Sequence record: PV764602.1
Reading direction: 5' to 3' (one strand)
Length of the DNA: 64,000 bases
Part shown: piece after piece, positions 17,996 through 27,990 of the stretch
Position numbering within the stretch: position 1 is the first letter of the stretch
Layout of the letters: each line of letters opens with the position of its first letter
Notes under the pieces: model-generated
What the model saw: only the letters and a program-made list of their open reading frames with translations
The model's database searches: none
What the model was told of the DNA's origin: nothing
Position numbers and translations under genes: made by a program

Positions 17996-19846
17996 GTGAA
18001 TCTCATTCCAACTGTTTTTGCTTCACAGAAGCCGTCCCTTCCCAGCGCTGAGGTTGCTTTCGCTTCCTTTGGCTGCGAAGGCTGCGGCAACCACTTCTCG
18101 GTGCAGGCCAGCATGAGCACTCCGTTCTGCGTTCTGTGTGGTTGCGACAATACCACTCGATTGCAGGACAGCGTTACTGCCTCCGCTCTGGATCCGATCA
18201 CTGAAGAAGCCAATTGCGCAGTAGTAGAATGCTCCTGCTGCAATCAGCACCTCGTCATGAGTTCCGCGGTCGAAGACAACGGCGTTGTTTTCTGTTCGGT
18301 CTGCGGCACTGACAATCATTTCGTTTCGGAAGCTGCTTCTGACGACGATGATGAGGACGAGGACGAAGAGGACGCTTGCGTCAAGATTGGTCGGGAAAGC
18401 CAAGGCCGCACTGAAGTCGAACTGGAAGCGGACAAGGTCGCTGATCCGCAGACGTTCGTGGATGCCAACGAGCCGCCGCACTACCGCGAGTCGAACCCGG
18501 CCGCTGCGAAGCGCGACAAGAACAACGAAGAAAAGGCCGCTGCCAAGTGTGCATCCGATAAGGATGACAAGGAAGAAGCCAAGAAGGAAGACCCGGGCCT
18601 TGCTCATGAGCGTGAACGCCACGGCATGCTGAAGAAGGATAAGGAAGAGGATGCGGGCTGCGACGAATTCAAGGTCGGTGACCCGCAGACGTTCGTGAAC
18701 AACCACGAACCGGAAAACCACCGCGAGTCCAATCCGGCTGACGCTCATCGTAACAACGAGAACGAAGAAGTGAAGGCAACCAAGGGCGATGCCAACATCG
18801 AAACCACTGCTGCCCGTAAGGGTCGCACCACCGATCTGGACAAGGTTGATCGCTCTGAACTGAGTTCGGTTCCGGGCGCTGATGGCCGTCTGCCTGAGTT
18901 CAAGTTCCCCTCGGAAGAGGAGGTCTACAAGAACAGCGTGGCTAAGGATAAGCTGGATCAGAAGAGCGTGCAGCCGGATGGCACGGACAACTGCGTGAAC
19001 GAAGACGCCTTCAAGGGCGAGCAGTTCAAGGCAGTTCCGCTGCTGGACATTGTGCGTACTTCGCAGCCGGGCAATCCGCCGATTCGCTTTGGCCGTGTCG
19101 AAGCCTCCATCGTTGCATACGTCGGTCCGTACACCGTCGCTGTGCTGGAAGAGGCAAACGTCAACGTCAACGTGCGCGAGCACTTCAAGACTCAGGCGTA
19201 TCTGGAAGCCATCGCCAACAGCGTTGAGATTTCCGGCTTCGATGAGACTCTGGCCTCCTTCGGCTTCGAGCACCTGACCATCAAGAGCAATGATACGGCC
19301 ATCGCCGCCCTTGCTAATGATCGTGTCGAAGCTCGCGCTGCGGAACTGGCCTCGGCTCAGAATCAGGCTTCGCTGGACGAAGTGCAGGCGTGCCTCGCTA
19401 TCGCCAGCACCGGCATCACCAAGCAGTTCTTCGATGCGGGCAACCCCATCCGAGACGCGCTGGTTGCTTCGCTGGAGAATGCGGGCCTGCGCAATCCCCA
19501 CCGTATTGTCGATGAGGCTCTGGCTTCTTCGCAGGACGGGTACAACAAGGCTCTGATCGCTGAGGCGTTCAACCTGCTGTCTATGCCGGTCGAGGCGCGC
19601 AACGCTATTGCCAAGACCGTCGTCGGTTCGCGTCACGTCTATGAACGTGCCAACGCGGGCGTCCACGAAACCACCAGCACCGTCGTTGCTTCGCTGCGTC
19701 AGCCTATGGTCGGCGTCAACGAAGAAGTGACTGCTAGTGTTCCGCGCCAGAGCGGAGTCGGTAGCAATGCGCGCGGCAATGCCGTTCACCGCACTGTTAC
19801 GCAATTGAGGTCGGAAGTGGGTAAGGGTCGCCTGTTCGGCGGCTGA
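17996..19846 (+). CDS. Probable prohead scaffolding/core protein with N-terminal Zn ribbons
   Basis: GTG start with GAGGA SD; four CxxC motifs, acidic/basic middle, helical C-terminus; lies upstream of the capsid genes; highly biased codons. Confidence 0.6.
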   Translation: MNLIPTVFASQKPSLPSAEVAFASFGCEGCGNHFSVQASMSTPFCVLCGCDNTTRLQDSVTASALDPITEEANCAVVECSCCNQHLVMSSAVEDNGVVFCSVCGTDNHFVSEAASDDDDEDEDEEDACVKIGRESQGRTEVELEADKVADPQTFVDANEPPHYRESNPAAAKRDKNNEEKAAAKCASDKDDKEEAKKEDPGLAHERERHGMLKKDKEEDAGCDEFKVGDPQTFVNNHEPENHRESNPADAHRNNENEEVKATKGDANIETTAARKGRTTDLDKVDRSELSSVPGADGRLPEFKFPSEEEVYKNSVAKDKLDQKSVQPDGTDNCVNEDAFKGEQFKAVPLLDIVRTSQPGNPPIRFGRVEASIVAYVGPYTVAVLEEANVNVNVREHFKTQAYLEAIANSVEISGFDETLASFGFEHLTIKSNDTAIAALANDRVEARAAELASAQNQASLDEVQACLAIASTGITKQFFDAGNPIRDALVASLENAGLRNPHRIVDEALASSQDGYNKALIAEAFNLLSMPVEARNAIAKTVVGSRHVYERANAGVHETTSTVVASLRQPMVGVNEEVTASVPRQSGVGSNARGNAVHRTVTQLRSEVGKGRLFGG

Positions 19847-19886
19847 TCCTCTTCAATCAATCATTTCACTACTGAGGTAAAATCCC

Positions 19887-20600
19887 ATGTTGGACTTTTC
19901 GCAGACCCGTCTCCGTTCGAGCACCTCTCGCAAGACCGGTACCCCGTTCCTCGTCAATGAAGAAGGCCTGGCCCTCGTCGCTGACACCAACGTTCAGGAC
20001 GGCGTGACCGTTTCGACCGGCGCTGCCGGTGAACAGTTCGTCGGCCTGTCGATCACCACTCAGCTGGATCCGGTTTCGGTTCCGCAGGTTGTGGAAGTCG
20101 TGGTCGGTGCCAACGGTCAGTTCAAGCTGCCGGCCGTGCCGTACACCGGCGCTGCTCTGTTCGTCAAGAATCAGACCAGCAACGAAGCCCTGACCGCTGT
20201 GGCCGTTGGTGCTACCCCGACCGCCGCTCAGTACGCTCCGACCGCTGACGCTCAGGTCTTCGCCACCGCCACTGCTTCGGCTGGCAACACCATCCTCGTC
20301 GCCTACCGCGTCGCTGCCACTGTCGAACTGGTCCGTTGGATTCAGGGTGACCAGCTGCCGGGCCACAACGTCGCCGCTACCCTGAACACCGTCGGCGTGT
20401 TCACCAGTGGTGATATCCGTACCTCCTGCTTCGATACCGGCGCTGACTGGACTGCCGCCGCCCTGTACGTGAAGCTGGGTCCGAACGGCCTGTTCACTGC
20501 CACCACCAACATCGCTGAAGCCATTCCGGGCGTTCGCGTCCTGAGCCGTCCGTCCACTGGTTCGGCTTGGCTGGGCCTGAGCGTCGGCTTCAACGGTTAA
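19887..20600 (+). CDS. Head structural protein (decoration/minor capsid-like)
   Basis: Immediately upstream of the major capsid gene; Ala/Thr/Val-rich; strong codon bias. Confidence 0.55.
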   Translation: MLDFSQTRLRSSTSRKTGTPFLVNEEGLALVADTNVQDGVTVSTGAAGEQFVGLSITTQLDPVSVPQVVEVVVGANGQFKLPAVPYTGAALFVKNQTSNEALTAVAVGATPTAAQYAPTADAQVFATATASAGNTILVAYRVAATVELVRWIQGDQLPGHNVAATLNTVGVFTSGDIRTSCFDTGADWTAAALYVKLGPNGLFTATTNIAEAIPGVRVLSRPSTGSAWLGLSVGFNG

Positions 20601-20630
20601 TTCATTGACACACCTCTGAGGAACATTCAA

Positions 20631-21728
20631 ATGTCGAACATTCAGTTTTCTTCGCAGCGCCGCCCGGTGCGCTCGGCTGTCGCTACTGACTTCCGCTTGT
20701 CCGGTCGCAGTGAACGCCTTGTCGGTCAGGACGGCCACATCAACGCAAGCTCCAAGGCGGACGCACTGAAGACCCTGGCCGCTCTGGCCCAGGAAGTTGC
20801 CAGCGGCACCCACGTGGTGACCGAAGAGGCCGCCGCGACTGCGGAGACTATGGCCAAGGCCCACCGCGAAATGGTGCAGGCCGCTTTCGATGATCCGAAG
20901 GAACACGAAGCTCTGGGCGCCGTGCTGACCGACGAAATCAACTTCGCCGCCAACAAGCAGGGCTTCGCTCGTAAGCTCCTGAAGCGTCAGGAACTCCAGC
21001 AGGGCCAGTACCCCCAGACCCTGCTGCCGTTCCAGAACGTCATGGGCGTAGTGGCTACCGGTCCGGTCAAGTGTGAAACTCAGCTGATCCGCAACCGTCG
21101 CTTCTGGCCGCAGGAGTTCTTCATCGAGGCTCGCCCGTACATCGAGCAGCGCGAAATCGATCAGACCAACACGGACATCCTTCAGGACAAGTACCTGGAA
21201 GCTCTGGAAGGCATCATGGTGCAGGAAGATCGCACTTGGCGTGCGATGGCCCTCCAGTCGGTCGGTATCGTGAACCCGTCCACCACCATCGTGGGCGACC
21301 TGACCCCGCAGGGTCTGGCCCAGGTTCGCACCCAGCTGATCTCGAACCGCATCGGCGCGACCAACCTGGTCATGGCCGCTGACCTGTGGAACGACATTAT
21401 CGGCTCGCAGCAGTTCATGAGCGGCGTCGATCCGGTCACCCGTCACGAAATCGTTCTGACTGGTGAAATCGGTCGCCTGCTGGGCATGACCATCACCACT
21501 GACGCCTACCGTCACCCGTACCACCACGTTCTGCCGAAGGGCGAGTTCTGGGTGGTGTCGGATCCGAACTACCACGGTAACTTCACTGATCGCGGTGGCG
21601 TCGTCGCCGAGCCGATCGGTATCGCTACCGAGGGCGTCCCGGGCCGTGGTTGGGCGATGTTCGAGACCGTTTCGATGGTCATCGCCAACGCCGCTTCGAT
21701 TGCTCTGGCGCGTCGCGTCGGTTCGTAA
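20631..21728 (+). CDS. Major capsid protein
   Basis: 365 aa, extreme C-ending codon bias, HK97-like C-terminal pattern (GEIGRLLGMTITTD...GEFWVV), GHINASSK N-region, followed by a strong terminator. Confidence 0.8.
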   Translation: MSNIQFSSQRRPVRSAVATDFRLSGRSERLVGQDGHINASSKADALKTLAALAQEVASGTHVVTEEAAATAETMAKAHREMVQAAFDDPKEHEALGAVLTDEINFAANKQGFARKLLKRQELQQGQYPQTLLPFQNVMGVVATGPVKCETQLIRNRRFWPQEFFIEARPYIEQREIDQTNTDILQDKYLEALEGIMVQEDRTWRAMALQSVGIVNPSTTIVGDLTPQGLAQVRTQLISNRIGATNLVMAADLWNDIIGSQQFMSGVDPVTRHEIVLTGEIGRLLGMTITTDAYRHPYHHVLPKGEFWVVSDPNYHGNFTDRGGVVAEPIGIATEGVPGRGWAMFETVSMVIANAASIALARRVGS

Positions 21729-21744
21729 TTCCCCCGACAGGGAT

Positions 21745-21776
21745 AGGGAGTGGGAGCTTCGGCTCCCCTCCCTTTT
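21745..21776 (+). terminator. Intrinsic terminator after the major capsid gene
   Basis: GGGAGTGGGAGC-TTCG-GCTCCCCTCCC-TTTT. Confidence 0.85.
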
Positions 21777-21777
21777 G

Positions 21778-21885
21778 AATGTACTAACGAGACGATTCAC
21801 CAGTCCTTGTATGAACCAAAAGATGGGCCGATTAGGCTATCAAGGATGGCGTAAGGCTGTTGGTGTTTCGTCCCTTTAGTACATT
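21778..21885 (+). ncRNA. Candidate structured RNA (long interrupted hairpin) upstream of the tRNA
   Basis: Nested helices AATGTACTAA/TTAGTACATT, GACGA/TCGTC, CACCA/TGGTG and TCCTTG/CAAGGA. Confidence 0.45.
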
Positions 21886-21890
21886 TACTT

Positions 21891-21966
21891 GGACATGTAG
21901 CTCAGCTGGTAGAGCACCGGACTGTTAATCCGGCCGTCGCAGGTTCGATCCCTGCCTTGTCCGCCA
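21891..21966 (+). tRNA. trnN: tRNA-Asn (GTT) with encoded CCA
   Basis: Cloverleaf: acceptor GGACATG/CTTGTCC, D arm GCTC/GAGC, anticodon stem CCGGA/TCCGG with GTT at 21924-21926, T loop TTCGATC, 3' GCCA. Confidence 0.95.
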
Positions 21967-22011
21967 AAATCTGCACTGGTGTGCGCGCCCGACGTCGCCA
22001 CTGGCAAATCC

Positions 22012-22043
22012 TCGGGCTACCTCGAAAGGGGTGGCCCTTTTTC
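22012..22043 (+). terminator. Intrinsic terminator after the tRNA
   Basis: GGGCTACCTC-GAAA-GGGGTGGCCC-TTTTT. Confidence 0.8.
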
Positions 22044-22068
22044 ATTTCTGCACTCCGAGGACAACGCT

Positions 22069-22524
22069 ATGCTGGAGACGGCGAGTGACAAGAAAAAGAA
22101 GGAAGAGCAAAAACTGCATAAGGACGTGACGGAAATCATTAAGCACGAACGCCTTGGTGCTCAGAAGGGCCGAGAGGTTGAATTGCTTCAAGCGCATCAA
22201 AATAGATTGAGACACGCAGGGCGCTCCATGCAGGCCGAGAGTCTGAGCCCCCACATTCGCATCAATTCAGTTGAATCCCAAGATCATAGAGAAGCAGCAC
22301 AGAAGCTCACTCATCGACTCAAGGAAAAGGTGGCCTTCCTCAAAGAAAGTGGCCGCGCCGACAAGGGCAAGGAGTTGCACACGCAGCTTGCCGAACAATA
22401 CAAACACTTGCACTATTGGGCCAACGCAGGCCACACCCGCAACAAAAGTCCGACCCTGCTGCGAGCACGCGACGATTTCTACAATCGTCACATGGAGCAT
22501 CAGCGGCTTGCGCTGAAACAATAA
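22069..22524 (+). CDS. Basic His/Lys/Arg-rich protein, probable internal head protein
   Basis: ATG with GAGGA SD; MLETAS N-terminus; His-rich helices. Confidence 0.6.
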   Translation: MLETASDKKKKEEQKLHKDVTEIIKHERLGAQKGREVELLQAHQNRLRHAGRSMQAESLSPHIRINSVESQDHREAAQKLTHRLKEKVAFLKESGRADKGKELHTQLAEQYKHLHYWANAGHTRNKSPTLLRARDDFYNRHMEHQRLALKQ

Positions 22525-22536
22525 CTGGAGGCATTC

Positions 22537-24159
22537 ATGCAATACAACAAGGCACGCGACCTTCTGTTGGTCGCCATGACTCATCCGGACACTGGGGAGG
22601 CACTCGCAGCCCTCCTTAGTGCCCGTTCGGCTCAAGGCTTTGAGTCACTGCATCATGAACTAGAAGCTACTAGCGCGGCAGAATACGCAGCGCTGGAAAG
22701 TGAGTTCGATACGGTGTACGCAGGCCGTACCGACAACGCCGATGGTACTGACGGCAACTACCCACACATGCCGGGCAAGTACGATCACAGTTCTAACGGC
22801 CGCGCAAACCCTGACGACATTCTGAAGGGCAACGGCCTCGACCAGTACCCAGGTACAAAGGTAACCTTCCTTATGGACGGCAAGATTGGCAACTCGGGTG
22901 ATAGCCCGAACGACCCTGCGCTCTCTAACATGCAGGACGCAGAAACTGTTCGACAGTCCAATCCCGAAGACGTTGAGCTTGACGACATTATTGGTGACGG
23001 TGATCCTATCGTTTCCACTGCGCCGGGTGAGTTCAACTACGCGCTGGATGGTGAACACAACAACAACTTTGACGTGAGTGATTTCACTCGCGCCAACAAT
23101 GATCCGAACGATCAAGACACCGTGCACGGCATCGACGACGTTCTGGATGATGAAAGTAACGAAGTTGATCCGCAGCTGCAAGACATTCCGTTTGATGACG
23201 ATGGTGAAAACGTAGATACGGAATCAGAGCAGAATTCTTCAGCCGACGATGACGGCGATGCATCGGATGATCCCACCATGGAAAAGCAAAAGAAGCCCTC
23301 CTGGACTGACCTTGAAGGTCGGGACGACGATGAAATGGTGAACCCCCAGCTGGCGGACGTGGACGATTCGTGCTTGGTTGTCAAGCATCCTGATTCGGTC
23401 ATCAAGCGCCTTGGCAATCACCTCAAGTATCGCCATGATTCGGAAGACAATGGTGCTGGCTATGGCACCAGCTACGAACATTCGTCCGCCGATGATGATG
23501 ACGTATACGATGAAGATGACGACATTCTCGATACCGACAACGAGGATTTCACCATCTTTGATGACGACCCGCTGTATGATCCGAACGATGACGATGAGGA
23601 TGAAGAGAACGAGCAGGATGACGATGACGAAGATCACAACGATGGGGATTATGTTCCAGCATCGGTTGATCTGCCTAACGCCAGTCAGTACCCTGTGCAA
23701 TCCGCTGAGGACATGCCGGTAAAGATTTGGGATCGTGGTGAGCAGGTATCGGACGTGGAGAATGATGGCGACGATGACGTGCGCCTGAATCAAGTGCAGT
23801 TGGCAGACACCGACACCAACGGTGAGGAGGACCAACTTGACATTTACCCGCCGGACGTTAATTGCACCATCACCATCGAAGGACTGGTTCCGGGTGAGTA
23901 TTGGTACAAGCATCGGGCTGTAGAAGATGCTGCCTACCACTTGCAGGAACAGGATCGTTTCGAGAAGGCGGCATCAGCATTCACCACCCTGCACATGGAT
24001 GCTAAGCGCACTGGTAACACTGAAGACGCCCGCAACTTCCATAAGCAGTTTGAGCACGCAAAGCGCTGGGCGGGTCTGCACGGCACCCGCGCTCAGGAAC
24101 TTCTGAGGCTGCCTGCTGTACGACGCAAGCCGCTGCCGGAACCCCACGGCCTGTCGTAA
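22537..24159 (+). CDS. Very acidic (Asp-rich) head-associated protein with basic His-containing C-terminus
   Basis: 540 aa with long D/E tracts; GGAGG SD; late-operon context. Confidence 0.65.
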   Translation: MQYNKARDLLLVAMTHPDTGEALAALLSARSAQGFESLHHELEATSAAEYAALESEFDTVYAGRTDNADGTDGNYPHMPGKYDHSSNGRANPDDILKGNGLDQYPGTKVTFLMDGKIGNSGDSPNDPALSNMQDAETVRQSNPEDVELDDIIGDGDPIVSTAPGEFNYALDGEHNNNFDVSDFTRANNDPNDQDTVHGIDDVLDDESNEVDPQLQDIPFDDDGENVDTESEQNSSADDDGDASDDPTMEKQKKPSWTDLEGRDDDEMVNPQLADVDDSCLVVKHPDSVIKRLGNHLKYRHDSEDNGAGYGTSYEHSSADDDDVYDEDDDILDTDNEDFTIFDDDPLYDPNDDDEDEENEQDDDDEDHNDGDYVPASVDLPNASQYPVQSAEDMPVKIWDRGEQVSDVENDGDDDVRLNQVQLADTDTNGEEDQLDIYPPDVNCTITIEGLVPGEYWYKHRAVEDAAYHLQEQDRFEKAASAFTTLHMDAKRTGNTEDARNFHKQFEHAKRWAGLHGTRAQELLRLPAVRRKPLPEPHGLS

Positions 24160-24201
24160 CAGAGAAGGAGCGCAGGATTCCTGCGCCCCTACAGGTGATC
24201 T

Positions 24202-24885
24202 ATGAAACCCCAGCGAGCACTGATTACGCAGTTGATTCACTCGGTCGGTACTAAGCTCTCTATGGCGTTCCACCTTCCGGCTCCTGTTGTTACTACAGGT
24301 AATAACCCCGTGCAGGAATTCCTGCGTAGGGCTAACGGCCAGAAGGATACTCCGGAAACTCAGTATCCCTTCTTCTACTTGAAGCCACGTGCGTTCAATC
24401 TGAATCGCCAAAGCTACAATCCACATCGGATGGCAAAGAGTCCTCTAGCGTCTCAACTCGGGCGCTTGGATGATGGTACCTTCATTCAGATGAGGTTGGT
24501 TCCAACGTTGGTCACTATTGAAGTTGGGTATGTGACTAACGACAGTCTTGAATACGAGGTATGGGCGGCTAATTGGATCGCGCTGGCGGCTTCGGGTAGG
24601 ATAGACTTTGACTTCAAGTACAACGGCATCAAGATGGGCGTCTTCGTTGAGTTGGCCGATCAGATTGAAATCCCCGAAATCGACCAAGGTGAGGACATAA
24701 ATCAAATAGTGGGCACTACTACCTTGACCCTCCACGGTTACGTAGAAATGCCCGGCCGACCCACTGAGGAAATCGGCACGGTGTCCCCGAAGCTTAGTTT
24801 TTCCACCACAACGGCCACGGCTGACCCCGAACGCTTCACGACCTACGCAAAGGTTGGTCCTAAAACCACTGTGAGAGACCGATAA
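24202..24885 (+). CDS. Probable neck/tail-completion protein
   Basis: Position between head genes and sheath; beta-strand pattern. Confidence 0.45.
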   Translation: MKPQRALITQLIHSVGTKLSMAFHLPAPVVTTGNNPVQEFLRRANGQKDTPETQYPFFYLKPRAFNLNRQSYNPHRMAKSPLASQLGRLDDGTFIQMRLVPTLVTIEVGYVTNDSLEYEVWAANWIALAASGRIDFDFKYNGIKMGVFVELADQIEIPEIDQGEDINQIVGTTTLTLHGYVEMPGRPTEEIGTVSPKLSFSTTTATADPERFTTYAKVGPKTTVRDR

Positions 24886-25343
24886 TGGCATCTGGCAATT
24901 TTATCCCATACGATAATTTCATCAAGGAAGTGTTCAGCGGCGCGCTGAACTACTCCACTGATAACATCCAAGCAATGCTGCTTGGTAACAACTACGTTCC
25001 GGACCGGTCCTCGCACAAGTTCCTGTCGGACGTTGTAACCTACGAGGTTCCTGCTACGGGCGGTTACGCACGACAGGTTCTGAGCAACAAGAAGGTGGAA
25101 CTGCTGTCTCCATCTGGCTTCACCAAGATCACCGCAGATAACATCCTGTTCGGTGAGAACGTAACCATTCGAGCGCGTTACCTTGTTCTGTTCAACGCTA
25201 CCCCGACTGGTACCAACGCCCAGCAACTGATGTTCTACGTCGATCTGAACAGTGGTGGTACGGAAGCGGTGCAGTCCGCCAACAGTACCTTTGCTCTGGA
25301 CATTTCGCCGAACGGCATCTATCAGATTGATCCCATCCAGTGA
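24885..25343 (+). CDS. Virion structural protein
   Basis: SHKFLSDV...GGYARQVL...ITADNILF...ARYLVLFN pattern of small beta-rich virion proteins. Confidence 0.55.
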   Translation: MASGNFIPYDNFIKEVFSGALNYSTDNIQAMLLGNNYVPDRSSHKFLSDVVTYEVPATGGYARQVLSNKKVELLSPSGFTKITADNILFGENVTIRARYLVLFNATPTGTNAQQLMFYVDLNSGGTEAVQSANSTFALDISPNGIYQIDPIQ

Positions 25344-25684
25344 AGACTCTGATCGCTGGGTTGAACATTCAGACGGCAGATGACTACATCAAGAAGACGG
25401 CACTTCGCACAATCATCGGAGTGCCTCTCCCCAAGGAAATCGTCGTCTCTCAGACGTTGGCATTGAACAACAATGTTCCCGTCACCATAACGGGAAGGGA
25501 TGATTCAGTCGTTACGATCATTTCTCCCGCCAAGCCGGTCAAGGTTACGGCACGTATCGGTAATACCCCTGTGGAGTTCCCTGAGAGCATCACGCCTCTC
25601 ATTCTTCCGGGCAAGGTTACCAATATCGTGGTCACCTCCTTGAATGTTGATCCGGTGAATGTTTTCATCCTTCAAGGAGCATGA
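25340..25684 (+). CDS. Hypothetical virion protein
   Basis: 4-nt overlap; beta-rich. Confidence 0.55.
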   Translation: MKTLIAGLNIQTADDYIKKTALRTIIGVPLPKEIVVSQTLALNNNVPVTITGRDDSVVTIISPAKPVKVTARIGNTPVEFPESITPLILPGKVTNIVVTSLNVDPVNVFILQGA

Positions 25685-25685
25685 C

Positions 25686-25952
25686 ATGAGTAATCGTATC
25701 CTTAGCACTTCTACCATCAGCCGCGCCGTCCGCATCCTGAATCCGACCACCGGCGACGTGCAGGAAATTCAGGTACAGCGTGGTCAGTACGAACTGCCGG
25801 AAGGTTACAGTATCGCTGCCGCTGACCTTGCCCTGTATTCCCCGTTCCTTTCGCAGATTGATGTTGAAGGAAAGGTGATTCCGCTGGCTGGGGTTCAGTC
25901 GATCCCTGACACGCCGATTGCGGTGCCCACTAACGACGCTGACGACAACTAA
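25686..25952 (+). CDS. Small hypothetical protein upstream of the sheath
   Basis: ATG at 25686 with AAGGAG SD. Confidence 0.6.
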   Translation: MSNRILSTSTISRAVRILNPTTGDVQEIQVQRGQYELPEGYSIAAADLALYSPFLSQIDVEGKVIPLAGVQSIPDTPIAVPTNDADDN

Positions 25953-25963
25953 GGTAACTTCCA

Positions 25964-27961
25964 ATGGCAAACCCGATTGGTAACAATCAAGCTTCTGACG
26001 TTTATGTCAGTGAGCTTAACCTCAGCACCATCATCACTACGGTAGCAACTTCGGTTGGCGCTATGGTGGGTGCTACTACGCAAGGCAAGCTGGGCCGCCA
26101 GTTGGTCAGCGACTACGCCTCGTTCAAGACGCAGTACGGTCCGAGCAACCCGTCGCAGTCTCGCGTGCACATGGCGGTACGTGATTACTTCACCAAGGGT
26201 GGCGAAGGTATCATCTTCAAGCGCGTCTGTGGTGCCGGTTACAAGTATGCAGGTGTCCTCCTGCAATACACCGGGTCGACTGGTAATCAGACCCTCAAGC
26301 TGACGCCGTATGGCATCGGCGGTGAGAATCCGGCTGACACCATCGACTTCCGCAGCGCCGGTGGCGTGTCGGACTCGAATCAGAACCTGTGCTACATCTA
26401 CGGTATTGGTCCGGGTACTCGTTACAACCAGTACGCGATCAGCATCACCTCCAACAACATCATGCCTCCGGGCAACCTGAGCCTGACGCCTGCCCTTACC
26501 GGCGGCATCTTGCAGGGTGGCACGCAGTACACCTACGGTGTCTCGGCCATGAGTGCCTTGGGTGAAACTCTGACCTCCACCCAGCTGAACATCACGCTGG
26601 AGCAGACCACCAGTGGTTCCGTCGTCATTTCGTGGGACCCGGTCCCCGGTGCCATCGGCTATCGCATCTACGGTCGTTCGACTGGTTCGACTGGCACTGG
26701 CACTGTGTCGCTGGGCCTGATTGGTTCGGTTGGTCAGGGCATCGTGCAGTTCGTGGATACCGGCCGCACTGTTCCCACCACTGTTCCGCCGACTCCGGTC
26801 AACTCGAACAGTAACCGCTTCACGTTCACTGACGTGTTTGCAATCAACGTGTACGATCTGGCTTCCAGCGTCAATGCCCCGGTCGAGACTCACGCTGTCA
26901 CGCTTGCCCCGAGTGTCAACGGTATGCAGCAGCAGCAGGAAATCGAGACGGTCATCAACACGCAGTCGCAGTACATTCGCGTGGTGAGTAACTACCCGAA
27001 CATGACTGTGGCTCCTCCGACCATCTTCACGTTGCAGGCTGTCACGATGAACGGCGGCGCTAACGGCGCAGCTGTGACCTCGGCGGACCTCATCAACGGT
27101 TGGCAGGCTTTCGCTGACAAGGACACCGTGCAGGTTGCCCAACTGATTGACGGCGGCTACGCTATCCCGTCGGTCCAGAAGGCTATGCTGTCGATTGCCA
27201 AGGATCGTCAGGACTGCGTGGTGTTCGGTGACGTTCCGTCCGATCAGCAGAACGCGATTGACGCGGTGGCTTACCGCACCCTGACTCTGAATGAAAACAG
27301 TGATCGCATCATGCTGTTCACTTCGGACATTCAGGAAATCGATCCTGACACCAACTCGTTGGTTTGGGTGCCGGGCTCCGGTGCAGCGGCAGGTTCGGCG
27401 GCGGCTGTGGACAGTCAGATTGGTTCGGGTGGCTCCATCGCAGGCCCGACCTACGGTGCGATTACCACTGCGGTCAAGCTGCGCCACAACTACACCAAGG
27501 CACAGCGTAACATGCTGGCCGGTTCGCAGGTTAACTACTGGCGTAGCCGTACCGGCATCGGTACGTACCTCGCCGAGCAGAAGACTTGCTCGACGCCCAT
27601 TTCGGCCGTCACCTACTACTCTGTGCGTCGTATCTTCGACGTGATGGAGCAGTCGATTGAACTGGCTCTGACCTACTCGCTGCAAGCTCCGAACACGCAG
27701 TTCACTGCGCAGCAGATTGCGAGCATGCTGACTCAGTACCTCAACGGACTGGTTTCGGCACAGCGCATCAACGGCTTCAGTGTGCGAGTGGACAACTCTC
27801 CGGCAGTGCGTGCTCAGGGCAACCTGCAAGTGTATGCGGCCATCGAACCGATCCTGCCCATTGACAAGATCGGTCTGCTGACCATCATCACCCCGCAGGG
27901 CGCCAACTTCGAGGAAATCCTCGGCAACGTGGCTCCGGGCGCAACCGTCTCTGCAACCTAA
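25964..27961 (+). CDS. Contractile tail sheath protein
   Basis: SDVYVSELNLS...VGAMVG N-terminus; RQDCVVFGDVP, WVPGSG, SVRRIFDVMEQSI and EPILPIDKI C-terminal sheath motifs. Confidence 0.92.
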   Translation: MANPIGNNQASDVYVSELNLSTIITTVATSVGAMVGATTQGKLGRQLVSDYASFKTQYGPSNPSQSRVHMAVRDYFTKGGEGIIFKRVCGAGYKYAGVLLQYTGSTGNQTLKLTPYGIGGENPADTIDFRSAGGVSDSNQNLCYIYGIGPGTRYNQYAISITSNNIMPPGNLSLTPALTGGILQGGTQYTYGVSAMSALGETLTSTQLNITLEQTTSGSVVISWDPVPGAIGYRIYGRSTGSTGTGTVSLGLIGSVGQGIVQFVDTGRTVPTTVPPTPVNSNSNRFTFTDVFAINVYDLASSVNAPVETHAVTLAPSVNGMQQQQEIETVINTQSQYIRVVSNYPNMTVAPPTIFTLQAVTMNGGANGAAVTSADLINGWQAFADKDTVQVAQLIDGGYAIPSVQKAMLSIAKDRQDCVVFGDVPSDQQNAIDAVAYRTLTLNENSDRIMLFTSDIQEIDPDTNSLVWVPGSGAAAGSAAAVDSQIGSGGSIAGPTYGAITTAVKLRHNYTKAQRNMLAGSQVNYWRSRTGIGTYLAEQKTCSTPISAVTYYSVRRIFDVMEQSIELALTYSLQAPNTQFTAQQIASMLTQYLNGLVSAQRINGFSVRVDNSPAVRAQGNLQVYAAIEPILPIDKIGLLTIITPQGANFEEILGNVAPGATVSAT

Positions 27962-27964
27962 TGG

Positions 27965-27990
27965 ATGGGGCTTCGGCCCCATTCCCTTTC
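27965..27990 (+). terminator. Hairpin/terminator between sheath and tube
   Basis: GGATGGGGC-TTCG-GCCCCATTCC-CTTT. Confidence 0.6.

Noticed and set aside
21778-21885. SRP (4.5S), 6S or tmRNA identity
   Set aside because: Lacks the SRP domain IV motif, is too short for 6S and has no tRNA-like ends
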